DNA of 32,000 nucleotides from Puniceicoccales bacterium (GCA_031283585.1 JAITBP010000003.1:1-32000), one strand, 5' to 3'; positions 8,254 to 18,435 are shown, numbered from the stretch's first letter. The notes: a model not told the origin generated them from the sequence alone. Numbers and translations: made by a program.

Positions 8254-9171
8254 ATGCGGATATTGGTGACAGGTGGCGCTGGATTTTTAGGAAGATGTTG
8301 TGCAAAAAGATTATCGTCCGTTGGCAATCAAGTCGTTGTTGTTGATAACTTTAGCAATTGCAATCGCGGTTTTATCGACGCCAATGTAAGGGTTTACGAA
8401 GGAGATTGCGGTAATATAGCGTTTATACGGTCGATTTTGAAAAATGATGGCATCGATTGCGTTATACATTTGGCTGATTATAACGATGTTAGTGAATCTA
8501 ACCAGTTGCCACTGAAGTACTATATGAACAACCTTGTGTGTACAATGTTTTTGCTTCAGGCCGTTGTGAATGAAAATGTAAAAAAATTTATCTTTGCTTC
8601 CTCGGCCCAGGTCTATGGAAACGCCAGTGATCACCTTATTACCGAAGATACTGCTGCGGAGCCAATCAGTGTATATGGTGAGACTAAGTTGTTTTGCGAG
8701 AAGATGTTACGCGCGATTGCCCAGCAAAATAATATCAATTACGCAATATTTCGGCATTTTGATGTGGCTGGATCCTATTGTACCCGTGACCTGGCTCCTG
8801 TTAAAAATGGCCAGGATTTTAAAATATTTGGGACGGACTACAATACAGTTGACGGCACCAAGGAACGGGATTATATCCATGTGGACGACGCCGTTGAGCC
8901 CTATGCATTGGTCCTGCCGCTTCTGTCAACTTATAGATTTGCAAGTATTTATAATCTGAGCACCGGTCGATCCACATCGATGAAAGATCTGGTAGACATT
9001 ACGACCAGAGCCGTTGGATTTGAGGTGAAGGTGCTTGAAAATGCCAAAAATGTTCTCGAGCCGGCCCGGTTGGTTTCTGAACCAAGAAAGGCCCAGAAAG
9101 AACTCGGTTGGCACTTGAACCACAACAACATAGACGCTATTGTCCGATCAGTGTTTGAGGCTGGAAAATAA
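8254..9171 (+). CDS. galE: NAD-dependent epimerase (UDP-glucose 4-epimerase-like), compact form
   Basis: Rossmann motif VTGGAGFLG, catalytic Ser (ASSAQVYG) and YGETK (YxxxK), and IFGTDYNTVDGTKERDYIHVDD as in GalE. At 305 aa it is short. The segment between 'FRHFDVAG' and 'IFG' is about 18 aa shorter than in E. coli GalE as I recall it. Confidence 0.65.
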   Translation: MRILVTGGAGFLGRCCAKRLSSVGNQVVVVDNFSNCNRGFIDANVRVYEGDCGNIAFIRSILKNDGIDCVIHLADYNDVSESNQLPLKYYMNNLVCTMFLLQAVVNENVKKFIFASSAQVYGNASDHLITEDTAAEPISVYGETKLFCEKMLRAIAQQNNINYAIFRHFDVAGSYCTRDLAPVKNGQDFKIFGTDYNTVDGTKERDYIHVDDAVEPYALVLPLLSTYRFASIYNLSTGRSTSMKDLVDITTRAVGFEVKVLENAKNVLEPARLVSEPRKAQKELGWHLNHNNIDAIVRSVFEAGK

Positions 9172-11359
9172 AATACATGGTACTGGTTGGTGCTAGGGTT
9201 AGTTCCACCGATTGCTTGTATTTATGTGAGCCGATGGCGACGGTTTCGCTGAAGCCAAGATTGCCCACGTTGGTTCCTCCAAAGATGGATGAGTCGGTGT
9301 TCAGTATCTCCAGCCATCGGCCATTTTTTGGTACGCCTATTCTGTAACCTGTTCGTGTAACAGGAGTTAGATTGCAGACAACCAGCATGAATTCGTCAAC
9401 GGTGCCCTTTCTTAGGAAACTCAGCACGCTGTTGTTGTGATCGTCAACCACGAGCCACTCGAAGCCATGGCAGCTGAAATCGCCTTTGGCCAGAAATGGA
9501 TAGTTTGTGTATATGGTATTTAGCGATTCTATCAATGCCTGAATTCCCGAATGGTCTTGGTATTGAAGCAAGTGCCAATCAAGGCTTTGGCGATAATTCC
9601 ATTCGCTGGATTGGCCAAATTCGCAGCCCATGAATAGGCATTTTTTCCCTGGCCAGGCGAACATCAAACCATACAAAGATCGAAGATGATTGGCCTTTTC
9701 AGTCATGTTGTATCCGGGCATCTTGTGTATCATAGCTTTTTTGCCATGAACGACTTCGTCATGCGAAAACGCCAGTATGAAGTTTTCCGAGTATTGGTAG
9801 AGTATGCCAAATGTGAGCTCGTTATGGTGGTGCTTCCTAAAAATCGGATCTTTCGAAAAATAATTTATCGTGTCATGCATCCAGCCCATGTTCCACTTGA
9901 GATCAAAGCCCAGGCCATGAAATTCTGTTGGTCTGGTGACTCCACCAAAGGACGTGGATTCCTCAGCGATGCTGATTACTCCGGGGAAGTTGTTGTGAAT
10001 CAAATTGTTAGTTTCCCGCAAAAATTCTATTGCGGCGATGTTTTCGTGGCCACCGTACCTGTTAGGGACCCATTCGCCAGGGTTACGTGAGTAGTCCAGG
10101 TATAGCATCGATGCCACGGCATCAACCCGTAGGCCATCTATGTGAAATTTATCCAGCCAGAATAACGCGCTGCCTGTCAAGAAGTTGCGAACTTCATGTC
10201 TTTCGTAATTGAAGATCAATGTGTCCCAATCCTGGTGGATTCCCTGCTTTGGGTCCGAGTGTTCATACAAACAGGTCCCGTCGAAATTTGCCAGCGCAAA
10301 GGAATCTTTTGGAAAATGGCCAGGCACCCAATCCATGATCACGCCAATGCCGTTTTGATGAAAATGGTCGACCAAAAACATAAAATCCTTCGGATTTCCA
10401 TACCTACAGGTTGGGGCGAAAAAGCCAGTAACCTGGTAGCCCCAGGATCCAAGATAGGGATATTCTGTAATGGGCATGAGTTCTATGTGTGAGAAGCCCA
10501 ATGACTTAACATAGGTGCATAGCTGTATGGCTATTTCACGATAGGTCAATGGCCTGTGGTTTTCCTCCAGAACCCGCTTCCAGGAATCCAGATGTACTTC
10601 ATAGATCGAGATCTTATTTTTTTTGAAATCCGTTGCTGCTCGCAGGAAAAGCCATTCGCTATCATTCCATTTATAATCATAGAGTTGGGTAACTATCGAA
10701 GCATTGTTCGGTGGTGGTTCAAAAAAGTTTCCGTAGGGATCAGTCTTAAGCACTAGCGATCCATCCCGGCATAGTATTTCGTATTTGTACCTAAAATTTT
10801 CCAGGTTTGTTGGCAGAAAAATTTCCCATATGCCAGATAACCCGATTGGTCGCATAGGGTTATATCTTCCGTCCCAGTTATTGAAATCACCAACAATCGA
10901 CACACGCCTGGCATTGGGAGCCCAGAGGGCGAAACTAGTACCAAGCACTCCCTGATGTGTAATCAGGTGAGCGCCAAGCTTTTCGTAAATTTTGTGGTGA
11001 TTGCCTTCGTTAAATAGATGGGTATCGAGATCTGACAGAGTCGGTAGAAATGTATATGGGTCGAAGCATTCGTAGTACCTACCTTCTTTGGTGGTGATTT
11101 GCAGTTTATATCTGAATGGATTTTTAGTATTTTTTATAAATACCTCAAAAAATCCAGTTTCGTGAATTTTTTCCAGCTCCTGGGATTGACCGGAGTCAAG
11201 ATTCAGCACTTGGCAACTTTGGGCGTTCTGTAAATAGGCACGAATTACCATGCCAGTGGACCCATCATTGCTGCTCACTTCATGGATGCCAAGCAGGTCG
11301 TGGGGTGCGGAATTTTTTGCAGCAACAAAAGACGCTAATTCATCCCTGCTTATGATCAT
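9137..11359 (-). CDS. glgB: 1,4-alpha-glucan branching enzyme
   Basis: GH13 branching-enzyme motifs are present: SWGYQVTGFFAP, DWVPGHFP, GLRVDAVASMLYLDY, FDLKWNMGWMHD and FSHDEVVHGK. I place the start at Met33 of the track ORF (MIISRDELASF...SAPHDLLGI). The 32 upstream codons lie in an AT-rich divergent intergenic region and do not look protein-like. Confidence 0.9.
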   Translation of the reverse strand: MIISRDELASFVAAKNSAPHDLLGIHEVSSNDGSTGMVIRAYLQNAQSCQVLNLDSGQSQELEKIHETGFFEVFIKNTKNPFRYKLQITTKEGRYYECFDPYTFLPTLSDLDTHLFNEGNHHKIYEKLGAHLITHQGVLGTSFALWAPNARRVSIVGDFNNWDGRYNPMRPIGLSGIWEIFLPTNLENFRYKYEILCRDGSLVLKTDPYGNFFEPPPNNASIVTQLYDYKWNDSEWLFLRAATDFKKNKISIYEVHLDSWKRVLEENHRPLTYREIAIQLCTYVKSLGFSHIELMPITEYPYLGSWGYQVTGFFAPTCRYGNPKDFMFLVDHFHQNGIGVIMDWVPGHFPKDSFALANFDGTCLYEHSDPKQGIHQDWDTLIFNYERHEVRNFLTGSALFWLDKFHIDGLRVDAVASMLYLDYSRNPGEWVPNRYGGHENIAAIEFLRETNNLIHNNFPGVISIAEESTSFGGVTRPTEFHGLGFDLKWNMGWMHDTINYFSKDPIFRKHHHNELTFGILYQYSENFILAFSHDEVVHGKKAMIHKMPGYNMTEKANHLRSLYGLMFAWPGKKCLFMGCEFGQSSEWNYRQSLDWHLLQYQDHSGIQALIESLNTIYTNYPFLAKGDFSCHGFEWLVVDDHNNSVLSFLRKGTVDEFMLVVCNLTPVTRTGYRIGVPKNGRWLEILNTDSSIFGGTNVGNLGFSETVAIGSHKYKQSVELTLAPTSTMYFIFQPQTLIGQ

Positions 11360-11475
11360 GTGTAACAGTAAATAAAAAAATAGAGTATTGACCAGATAGT
11401 TTTTTTGATCTGGAAATAAAATTATCTCAAAATTCTTCATGCTTGCGTTTGCCATAGGATTTTTAGAAGAAATCC

Positions 11476-12189
11476 GTGCAGGTTGGTGAAAAGATTTTTG
11501 TGCCGGAACATGTTGCCATAGTTATGGATGGCAATGGTCGCTGGGCAAAAGCTCGTGGATTTGAACGTATCTATGGCCATTATAATGGAGTCAAAGCTGT
11601 CAAGTCTGTCATAAGGTCAGCTAGGAAATTTGGTGTAAAATTCCTAACCTTGTATGCATTTTCTACGGAAAATTGGTTGCGGTCAGAGGACGAGATACGC
11701 GGCCTTATGTCATTGTATGGCAGGGTAATGTTGAAATATTCCAGGTCATTGGTTAAACAGAATATACGGTTCGGAACCATAGGCGATTTGCCAGGGCTAC
11801 CCCAGATACTTCGTGACAGGATAGATTGGCTGAAAAAATATACCGCCCATTGCAATGGCTTGCTATTAACGGTTGCGTTGAATTATGGAAGCCGTGACGA
11901 GCTGCTGAGGGCGATAAATAAAGCCAATCAGGCCGGTGTGAGAACTTTTTCAGACTGGAGTGAATTTGAGAAATATTTAGATACCAGCGGACTCCCGGAC
12001 GTCGATTTATTGATCCGGACATCCGGCGAGCAGAGAATTAGCAATTTTTTATTATTGCAGTCTGCCTATGCCGAACTATATTTTCCAAAAAAATATTGGC
12101 CTGATTTTTCGGATGAGGATTTTTTTGAAGCAATTAGTGAGTTCCAGCACAGACAACGTAGATTTGGAAGGGTAATAGATGCTGAGTAG
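11476..12189 (+). CDS. uppS: Undecaprenyl (isoprenyl) diphosphate synthase
   Basis: HVAIVMDGNGRWA, LYAFSTENW and IRTSGEQRISNFLL. GTG start; the 3' end overlaps cdsA by 11 nt. Confidence 0.9.
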   Translation: MQVGEKIFVPEHVAIVMDGNGRWAKARGFERIYGHYNGVKAVKSVIRSARKFGVKFLTLYAFSTENWLRSEDEIRGLMSLYGRVMLKYSRSLVKQNIRFGTIGDLPGLPQILRDRIDWLKKYTAHCNGLLLTVALNYGSRDELLRAINKANQAGVRTFSDWSEFEKYLDTSGLPDVDLLIRTSGEQRISNFLLLQSAYAELYFPKKYWPDFSDEDFFEAISEFQHRQRRFGRVIDAE

Positions 12190-13021
12190 GTTTTTAAGCA
12201 CCATAGGTTTGTGGTTTGTTGTTTTTGCAACTTTATATTTATTTGGAGTACAAGGTGGCTTTTTTCTGCTAATTTTGGCATCAATCCTGACCCAACTTGA
12301 ACTATATGCACTATTAAAAAAGATGGAATATAATTCCCTCGGCTGGGTTGGATTAATAATCGGAGTAGTAATGCTTATTGTTCCTATCTTCCTATCCAGT
12401 CCCTATGATTGTTTCGAAGTAATGGTTTCATGCTTTGTTATTTCGATTGTACTGATATTGTCATATATAGTTGTGGTAGGAACACCGTCATCGATACTGG
12501 AAGTTTTTGTTCCAACGGTACTTGGAATAGTTTACGTGCCGCTGATGTTTTCGTTGCCTGTGGCGTTCATTCGTTATATAGAGTTTATCCATGGAAGCGG
12601 CAATCCGGCTTTATATATGATAGTTTGGATGGTTGCCGTGGCAAAATCCAGCGATATTGGCGGATTGGTCATTGGCTCTCTGATAGGCGGAAAAAAGATG
12701 TCTCCCTATTTTAGTCCTAACAAGACCGTCGGAGGACTGGTCGGTGCAATTCTGTTTGCTGTAACAATTGGTGCCACAGCTCAACTGGTTATGATGCGTA
12801 ACCTTGGTGTGTTTTCGATGAAATGGGCGGTGATCATTTCCGCCGTGTTGTCCCTGGTTGCCGTGGTTGGTGATTTGATAGAATCTGCACTGAAAAGACT
12901 GGCCAATGTCAAGGATTCCGGGAAAATTATACCTGGTATAGGTGGAGTTTTCGATCTGACCGATAGTGTCGTTCTGTCATTGCCGGTTGGTATTATATTA
13001 GTTAAGTGGTTGGTATTGTGA
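12179..13021 (+). CDS. cdsA: Phosphatidate cytidylyltransferase (CDP-diglyceride synthase)
   Basis: Polytopic membrane protein with SDIGGLVIGSLIGGKKMSPYFSPNKTVGG and a C-terminal SALKRLANVKDSGKIIPGIGGVFDLTDS. The uppS-cdsA gene order is classic. Confidence 0.85.
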   Translation: MLSRFLSTIGLWFVVFATLYLFGVQGGFFLLILASILTQLELYALLKKMEYNSLGWVGLIIGVVMLIVPIFLSSPYDCFEVMVSCFVISIVLILSYIVVVGTPSSILEVFVPTVLGIVYVPLMFSLPVAFIRYIEFIHGSGNPALYMIVWMVAVAKSSDIGGLVIGSLIGGKKMSPYFSPNKTVGGLVGAILFAVTIGATAQLVMMRNLGVFSMKWAVIISAVLSLVAVVGDLIESALKRLANVKDSGKIIPGIGGVFDLTDSVVLSLPVGIILVKWLVL

Positions 13022-13707
13022 GAGATAGCGGAAAGCTATTTGTAATTTCCACACCCATTGGCAATCTGTCCGATATTACTCTACGAGCCATCGATACATT
13101 GAAATCCTGTGACCTGGTTGCCTGTGAAGATACCCGCAACACAAAGATTCTGCTAGATCATTTTAATATATGCACGAAGCTTCTGAGTTACCATGAACAC
13201 AATGAAATCACAAGAGCTGCCGAGATCGTTGCCAGGATCAAAACAGGTATGAGCATCGGCCTGGTCTGTGATGCCGGAACTCCAACCATTTCTGATCCGG
13301 GGTTCAGAGTGGTGCGTGAGTGCCGGAGAAATAGTATAGAAGTTATTCCAATTCCAGGAGTTAGCGCCTTCGTCGCCGCTTTATCCGTGGCCGGGTTGCC
13401 AACGAGTTCATTCCTATTTTCAGGGTTTCTTCCTACGAAAAGTGTCCAAAGGATCAAAGCCCTACATAAATACAAAGCCAGCGATATTACGATTATATTC
13501 TACGAATCTTGCCATAGAATTTCAAGGTCCCTGAATGATATGTTATGTGTCTATGGCCCCGGGAGAGTTATTTCTATCTCTAGGGAAATAACAAAATTAC
13601 ATGAATTTACATTTGTGGGCTGTATTTCTGAAGCGGTAGAACGATTTACTGGTGAACAGCGAGGTGAATTTGTTATTGTTGTTTCTTCGGAAGATTATAG
13701 CCTATAG
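13006..13707 (+). CDS. rsmI: 16S rRNA (cytidine1402-2'-O)-methyltransferase
   Basis: TPIGNLSDITLRA, ACEDTRNT and DAGTPTISDPG. The start is ambiguous: either GTG 13006, or GTG 13018, which overlaps the cdsA stop as GTGA. Confidence 0.85.
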   Translation: MVGIVRDSGKLFVISTPIGNLSDITLRAIDTLKSCDLVACEDTRNTKILLDHFNICTKLLSYHEHNEITRAAEIVARIKTGMSIGLVCDAGTPTISDPGFRVVRECRRNSIEVIPIPGVSAFVAALSVAGLPTSSFLFSGFLPTKSVQRIKALHKYKASDITIIFYESCHRISRSLNDMLCVYGPGRVISISREITKLHEFTFVGCISEAVERFTGEQRGEFVIVVSSEDYSL

Positions 13708-13713
13708 CTCATT

Positions 13714-14610
13714 GTGCTAGGGTTAGATTTTTCTGATTTTTTAAAATACATTGAGGTTCATAGAGGACTATCGATCAACACCATAAATACCTATAAAATT
13801 TCTCTGGAGCAGTTTGTGAAGTTCCTGGGTAGAAATGGTGTTGTAAAGAAATGGAGCGATGTGCGCAATTCTCACCTAAGATCGTTCATCATCTATCTTA
13901 TGGCTGAACATAGCCGTTCCTCGGTTCTCACACGTCTTTTCGCAGTGCGTGCCATGTTTAAATTTATGCAGACGAATGGTGTTATTCAGGACAACCCAAC
14001 GGATAACCTGGTCCTGCCAAAAAAAGAAAAGTCTCTTCCGAAATTTTTGTCAAAGAGCGATGTGCTGATTTTGTTAGAAAAACCCCTTGCTATGCTGGCA
14101 AGTAAGAAAATTACCGAATTTTTGGCCTACCGGGACAGTCTAATTCTGGAACTGCTATATGGTGGAGGACTGCGTGTTAGCGAACTGGTTAACCTGAAGT
14201 ACAATGACATAGATTTTGAACAAGGTGTGGCCCGGATCACCGGTAAGGGTAATAAGCAGAGGCTTTGTCCCCTGGGTCGCATGGCTATCAAAGCAATAGA
14301 ACGCTTCCTGGCCAAGTTCCAAATAAATACCGTAGGTAACATTGTCCGCTCTACAACTAGCAATAAATTAACAATCAGGCAGGTACAGAACCGTCTAAAG
14401 TTTTACCTAGCCGCCTGTGGGCTTCCGGCAGATATATCGCCACACAAGATCAGACATAGCTATGCCACCCATCTGCTAAATAATGGGGCCGATTTGCGTA
14501 TGGTGCAGGAACTGCTTGGTCATGAAAACCTTTCAACGACCCAGATCTATACCCATGTGGAGTTCGACAAGCTGAAGGATATCCATAAAAATGCCCATCC
14601 ACGAAGCTAG
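13714..14610 (+). CDS. xerC: Tyrosine site-specific recombinase, XerC/XerD family
   Basis: C-terminal catalytic region GGLRVSEL...HKIRHSYATHLLNNGADLRMVQELLGHENLSTTQIYTHV (R-H-R-Y residues). The N-terminal SAM-like domain contains TINTYK. I cannot reliably tell XerC from XerD by eye. Confidence 0.8.
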   Translation: MLGLDFSDFLKYIEVHRGLSINTINTYKISLEQFVKFLGRNGVVKKWSDVRNSHLRSFIIYLMAEHSRSSVLTRLFAVRAMFKFMQTNGVIQDNPTDNLVLPKKEKSLPKFLSKSDVLILLEKPLAMLASKKITEFLAYRDSLILELLYGGGLRVSELVNLKYNDIDFEQGVARITGKGNKQRLCPLGRMAIKAIERFLAKFQINTVGNIVRSTTSNKLTIRQVQNRLKFYLAACGLPADISPHKIRHSYATHLLNNGADLRMVQELLGHENLSTTQIYTHVEFDKLKDIHKNAHPRS

Positions 14611-14613
14611 GTC

Positions 14614-16086
14614 CTATTCATAGCGCTTCCAAAAGGTTGGAGCAAATATCAGTAGGGCTGCATATATTTCTACTCGGCCTATTATCATCACTGCACTGAG
14701 AAAAAATTTGCCCAGGTTGGAAATGGTCGCGTATCTGGCTGGCTGGCTTAGTTCTCCAAATTCGACGCCGGTATTAAAAAAATTTGACGTGATGATGGAA
14801 AATATGCCCTCCAGGCTGATTTGTCTCTCTAGGAATGAAAAGATGATCACCAAAATTGAAAGCAACGCAAAGCTTGTTACACAATAATTGAAAACGGAAA
14901 CCTGGTCCTCGGGCTGTATTATCTTACCGTTGATGTAGGTTTGCCGTACGACTCTTGGGCGAAATATTTTTTCCATATGCTCTGTTATGCCCTTTAGCAT
15001 TATCACCACCCTCGAAACCTTCAATCCGCCGGAAGTTGATCCAGCGCAACCGCCTATGAACATCGTTGTGATTAAAATTATCTGGGCTGCCGGCACCGAT
15101 ATGTGGTAGTCATGAGCCGAAAAACCGGTGGACGTCAACACCGAAGAGACTGTAAACAGGCTCTTCTGGATGGAATGGAAGCCATTGGCTGGGCCTCCAT
15201 TGCCTAGCTGCACCAGAGTTAGCGCCACGCTGGCAAATCCTATGATCCCCAAATAGGCCTTCAATTCTGAGTTTTCGCGAATTTTTTCATACTTTCCGGT
15301 AAAAAGATGTGTCATTAATACGAAATTTATCCCACCAAGTGTCATGAAAATAGTCAAAATAATCTCTATATATACGGAATTAAAATACCCAATGCTTTCG
15401 CTGTGGGTACTAAAGCCACCGGTGGCCAGTGTGGTTAGGGAATGACATAGGCTGTCAAACCAGTCCATGCCAAATAATCTGAGCATTAGGATACATAATC
15501 CGGTCAATATCAAGTAGATACGTATTATGGTCAATACATTGTCGCGCAGATGTCCAAACTCAAATTCCTCCACCAGTGACACCGCATCGTTGGAGTATAA
15601 AAATTTAGTTCCTGGTCCAGAAAATGGCACCAATGCTATGAAAAATACAACTATTCCCAGTCCGCCAATCCATTGACTTACCGATCGCCATAGTAGTATG
15701 CATTTGGATAGAGCCTCCGGGTGAGAAAATATGGTCGATCCGGTGGAAGTTAGTCCGGCGGTGGATTCGAAAAACGAGTCGGCCAGGCTGCAATCATTTA
15801 CAAATAGATAGGGTAGGGCACCGAAAAAGCAGGCTAGTAGCCAGGATAACCCTATGGTTGCCAAGGCTTCTCGGCGGAACATATGCTTCTTGTAGCCGAT
15901 GGATGCAGCATAAAATGCGCCCGAGGCAAGGGATGTTATAAAGATCGACTTTGCCCAGCCGATGGCGTTCTTGCATCCAGAAAACCCATAGAAGCCAAGT
16001 AAAAAACATAGTAGAAATGTTATGGCTAAAATCAGCAAAACGCTGGACAATGTCCTGGCGATTATTTTGAGGTTCATCGAGGCCAA
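14614..16086 (-). CDS. trkH: TrkH-family potassium uptake membrane protein
   Basis: 490-aa polytopic protein with repeated pore-loop motifs GLTSTGS, LATGGFS and LTSTGFS, plus GGCAGSTSGGLK. Confidence 0.85.
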   Translation of the reverse strand: MASMNLKIIARTLSSVLLILAITFLLCFLLGFYGFSGCKNAIGWAKSIFITSLASGAFYAASIGYKKHMFRREALATIGLSWLLACFFGALPYLFVNDCSLADSFFESTAGLTSTGSTIFSHPEALSKCILLWRSVSQWIGGLGIVVFFIALVPFSGPGTKFLYSNDAVSLVEEFEFGHLRDNVLTIIRIYLILTGLCILMLRLFGMDWFDSLCHSLTTLATGGFSTHSESIGYFNSVYIEIILTIFMTLGGINFVLMTHLFTGKYEKIRENSELKAYLGIIGFASVALTLVQLGNGGPANGFHSIQKSLFTVSSVLTSTGFSAHDYHISVPAAQIILITTMFIGGCAGSTSGGLKVSRVVIMLKGITEHMEKIFRPRVVRQTYINGKIIQPEDQVSVFNYCVTSFALLSILVIIFSFLERQISLEGIFSIITSNFFNTGVEFGELSQPARYATISNLGKFFLSAVMIIGRVEIYAALLIFAPTFWKRYE

Positions 16087-16132
16087 TCAAATGCGAACCG
16101 TTGGATTGTTCAAGTAATAAATTTGATAGAAA

Positions 16133-16161
16133 TTGCTTGAAAAATTATTCCATAGTGTAAT
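16133..16161 (+). promoter_or_regulatory. Putative sigma70-type promoter of rpsO
   Basis: TTGCTT at 16133-16138, a 17-nt spacer, then TGTAAT at 16156-16161, in the divergent trkH/rpsO intergenic region. Confidence 0.4.
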
Positions 16162-16207
16162 CTATCCAGCCAGTTGGTGATGATTGCATCGCCGAGTGTT
16201 TTATATC

Positions 16208-16480
16208 ATGTCAAAGGTAAGTTATTTAGATAAGAGTAGTGTGATTAGTGGCTATAAAACCCATGCGAGCGATACCGGTTCGAGTGAGGTCCAGGTTGCG
16301 TTGTTGACGGCTAGAATTAATCATCTGACAGAACATCTTAGAACCCATACCAAGGATTATCATACCCGTCGAGGTCTGATTGCAATGGCAAACCGTCGTA
16401 GAAAATTGCTTAATTACATAAAAAGGTCTAATTTTACCAAATATAACGAGATGCTTCAACGCCTTGGTCTACGTCATTAA
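16208..16480 (+). CDS. rpsO: 30S ribosomal protein S15
   Basis: Contains GSSEVQVALLTARINHLTEHLRTHTKDYHTRRGL...RRRKLLNYIKR. I start at ATG 16208 (MSKVS...), which gives the usual ~90 aa, rather than the track's upstream start. Confidence 0.9.
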   Translation: MSKVSYLDKSSVISGYKTHASDTGSSEVQVALLTARINHLTEHLRTHTKDYHTRRGLIAMANRRRKLLNYIKRSNFTKYNEMLQRLGLRH

Positions 16481-16530
16481 TTTACCGTTTACCGATCTCA
16501 TCGAAATGAGGTAGGACCTGGGGCTGTTCT

Positions 16531-18387
16531 GTGGAGAAGCATGAGCAGGATGTTATCGTCGTTGGAGCTGGCCATGCCGGCTGTGAGGCCGCTCTTGCTG
16601 CAGCTCGATGTGGGGCAAAGGTTCTGCTGCTCACAGGCAATATGGATAACATTGCCCAGATGAGTTGTAATCCGGCCATAGGTGGCCAGGCAAAAGGTCA
16701 AATAGTGCGAGAAATTGATGCCCTTGGCGGTGCGATGGCTATCAATGCTGATTTGACGGCCTTACAGTTTAAACTTTTGAACAGATCGAAGGGTTCTGCG
16801 GTGCAATCACCCAGGGCCCAGTGCGATAAAAAGGCCTATCAGCTTAGGATGAAACACATCCTGGAGGCCGAAGAAAACCTTGGGCTGTTCCAGGCTATAG
16901 TTACTGAGCTAATCATAGACACAGATAAAAATGTTGTCATCGGAGTGCGTACAAACCTCGGAGTTGATTTCCATGGCAAGACGGTGATTCTTACCACCGG
17001 CACATTCCTGAATGGCCTCATGCATGTTGGCCGAAGCAAAATAGAGGGAGGACGGTTGGGAGATTTTTCTTCCAAGTCTCTGGCCGATAGTTTGGCAAGA
17101 AGTGGTATCTCCATTGGCCGCATGAAAACTGGTACGCCTCCACGGATACTTGGACGTTCGATAGATTTCTCCAAATGCGAGGAGCAGCCAACGGACCAGG
17201 ACGCAGTCAGGTTCGGATTTTATGATACAAGAGATGGATCCTGGGACGATGAAGATCCAAGGTCCTGGGTCGATAAACAGGATCATTCCTGCTGGATAAC
17301 CTATACATCAAAAGAAACCAGGGAATTGATCCTTCATAATTTGGACAAATCGCCACTATATTCCGGGGAAATATCTGGCATCGGGCCGAGGTATTGCCCA
17401 AGCATAGAAGATAAGTGTAAAAAATTTGCCGATAGGGAAAGGCATCGATTATTCCTCGAACCGGAAGGGTGTCGGACCGATGAATGGTATATAAATGGGC
17501 TGTCGACAAGCCTGCCATTGGAGATTCAGCAGGAGATTTTGAAAACAATACCCGGTCTGGAAAACGCTATCATTGTCAGACCGGCCTATGCCGTGGAATA
17601 TGATTACCTGCCACCAACCCAGCTGATGCGTTCGTTGGAGTCGAAGATTGTGCAGAATTTGTTCTGCGCCGGCCAAATAAATGGCACATCGGGTTATGAA
17701 GAGGCTGCCTGTCAAGGACTTATCGCAGGTGTGAATGCGGTCGCTAGGATAAATGGTCAGCCGCCGATGGTTTTAGGCCGAGATCAGGCCTATATCGGTG
17801 TCCTGATAGATGATCTGGTCACCAAAGGTACCTTTGAGCCCTACCGGATGTTCACCAGTCGAGCGGAGTATCGGTTGCTGCTGAACCATGGTAGTGCCGA
17901 ATTGAGATTATTAAATGTGGCAAGGAACTATTCACTGCTGACCAGTCAGCGTATTTCTAGAATAGAAAAAAAATTAAAGTCAGTGGAGTTTTGGACCCAG
18001 GAGTTTTGCCATATCAGATCCGATGGCGAAAGGTTATTTGACATAGTGAAAAGACCAGATTCGGAGCCATCCTATCCGGGAGAATTTGTAGCGCTTACAA
18101 GAGAGATCAAAGACGAGGTATTGTACAGGGTGAAATTTTCTGGCTATCTCAGCCGAGAGCTTAAGCAGGTCCATAAAATGAAGGAGATGGACAGGGTCCC
18201 GATTCCGTTGAACTTTAACTATGATTCGGTGAAAAGCCTCCGGATTGAGAGTCGTCAAAAGTTTAGTAGCCTTAGGCCGGAAACCATCGGCCAGGCATCC
18301 AGGATCAGCGGCGTCAGCCCGGCCGACGTAAATTTGCTTTGGATGGCAATTGAACTGGCAAAAGCAAAAAGTCATGAAAAGTCATGA
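16531..18387 (+). CDS. mnmG: tRNA uridine 5-carboxymethylaminomethyl modification enzyme MnmG (GidA)
   Basis: [51 protein letters not shown] and SRAEYRLLL. Length is 618 aa, with a GTG start. Confidence 0.95.
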   Translation: MEKHEQDVIVVGAGHAGCEAALAAARCGAKVLLLTGNMDNIAQMSCNPAIGGQAKGQIVREIDALGGAMAINADLTALQFKLLNRSKGSAVQSPRAQCDKKAYQLRMKHILEAEENLGLFQAIVTELIIDTDKNVVIGVRTNLGVDFHGKTVILTTGTFLNGLMHVGRSKIEGGRLGDFSSKSLADSLARSGISIGRMKTGTPPRILGRSIDFSKCEEQPTDQDAVRFGFYDTRDGSWDDEDPRSWVDKQDHSCWITYTSKETRELILHNLDKSPLYSGEISGIGPRYCPSIEDKCKKFADRERHRLFLEPEGCRTDEWYINGLSTSLPLEIQQEILKTIPGLENAIIVRPAYAVEYDYLPPTQLMRSLESKIVQNLFCAGQINGTSGYEEAACQGLIAGVNAVARINGQPPMVLGRDQAYIGVLIDDLVTKGTFEPYRMFTSRAEYRLLLNHGSAELRLLNVARNYSLLTSQRISRIEKKLKSVEFWTQEFCHIRSDGERLFDIVKRPDSEPSYPGEFVALTREIKDEVLYRVKFSGYLSRELKQVHKMKEMDRVPIPLNFNYDSVKSLRIESRQKFSSLRPETIGQASRISGVSPADVNLLWMAIELAKAKSHEKS

Positions 18388-18401
18388 ACAATGAAACAAA
18401 A

Positions 18402-18429
18402 TTGACTGCAAAAATTTTTTTTACATAAT
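18402..18429 (+). promoter_or_regulatory. Putative promoter abutting the start codon of the 253-aa orphan ORF
   Basis: TTGACT at 18402-18407, a 16-nt spacer, then CATAAT at 18424-18429. The ATG at 18436 lies only 6 nt after the -10 element, and there is no Shine-Dalgarno sequence. Confidence 0.35.
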
Positions 18430-18435
18430 AAATCC

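Noticed and set aside
8594-8959. 121-aa plus-strand ORF in an alternative frame inside the galE-like gene; likewise 12409..12714 inside cdsA
   Set aside because: Both are fully nested in genes with clear family motifs in another frame. Their translations are Arg/Cys/Ser-rich and show no motifs.
11360-11455. 32-codon N-terminal extension of glgB (track start at 11455)
   Set aside because: It would leave only 20 nt for the divergent glgB/uppS promoters. It is encoded by AT-rich sequence giving an implausible peptide (MANASMKNFEIILFPDQKNYLVNTLFFYLLLH). Met33 gives the usual GlgB N-terminus.
13714-14610. Tyrosine recombinase as a marker of an integrated mobile element
   Set aside because: The sequence looks like chromosomal XerC/XerD (HKIRHSYATHLL...LLGHENLSTTQIYTHV). 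It sits 6 nt after rsmI in a housekeeping operon, and I saw no flanking att-like repeats, tRNA or phage/IS genes.
18371-18390. Direct repeat GTCATGAAAA/GTCATGAACA at the 3' end of mnmG
   Set aside because: This is a single 8-nt duplication encoding the last residues (KSHEKS*), with no array or inverted partner. It is probably a trivial slippage remnant.
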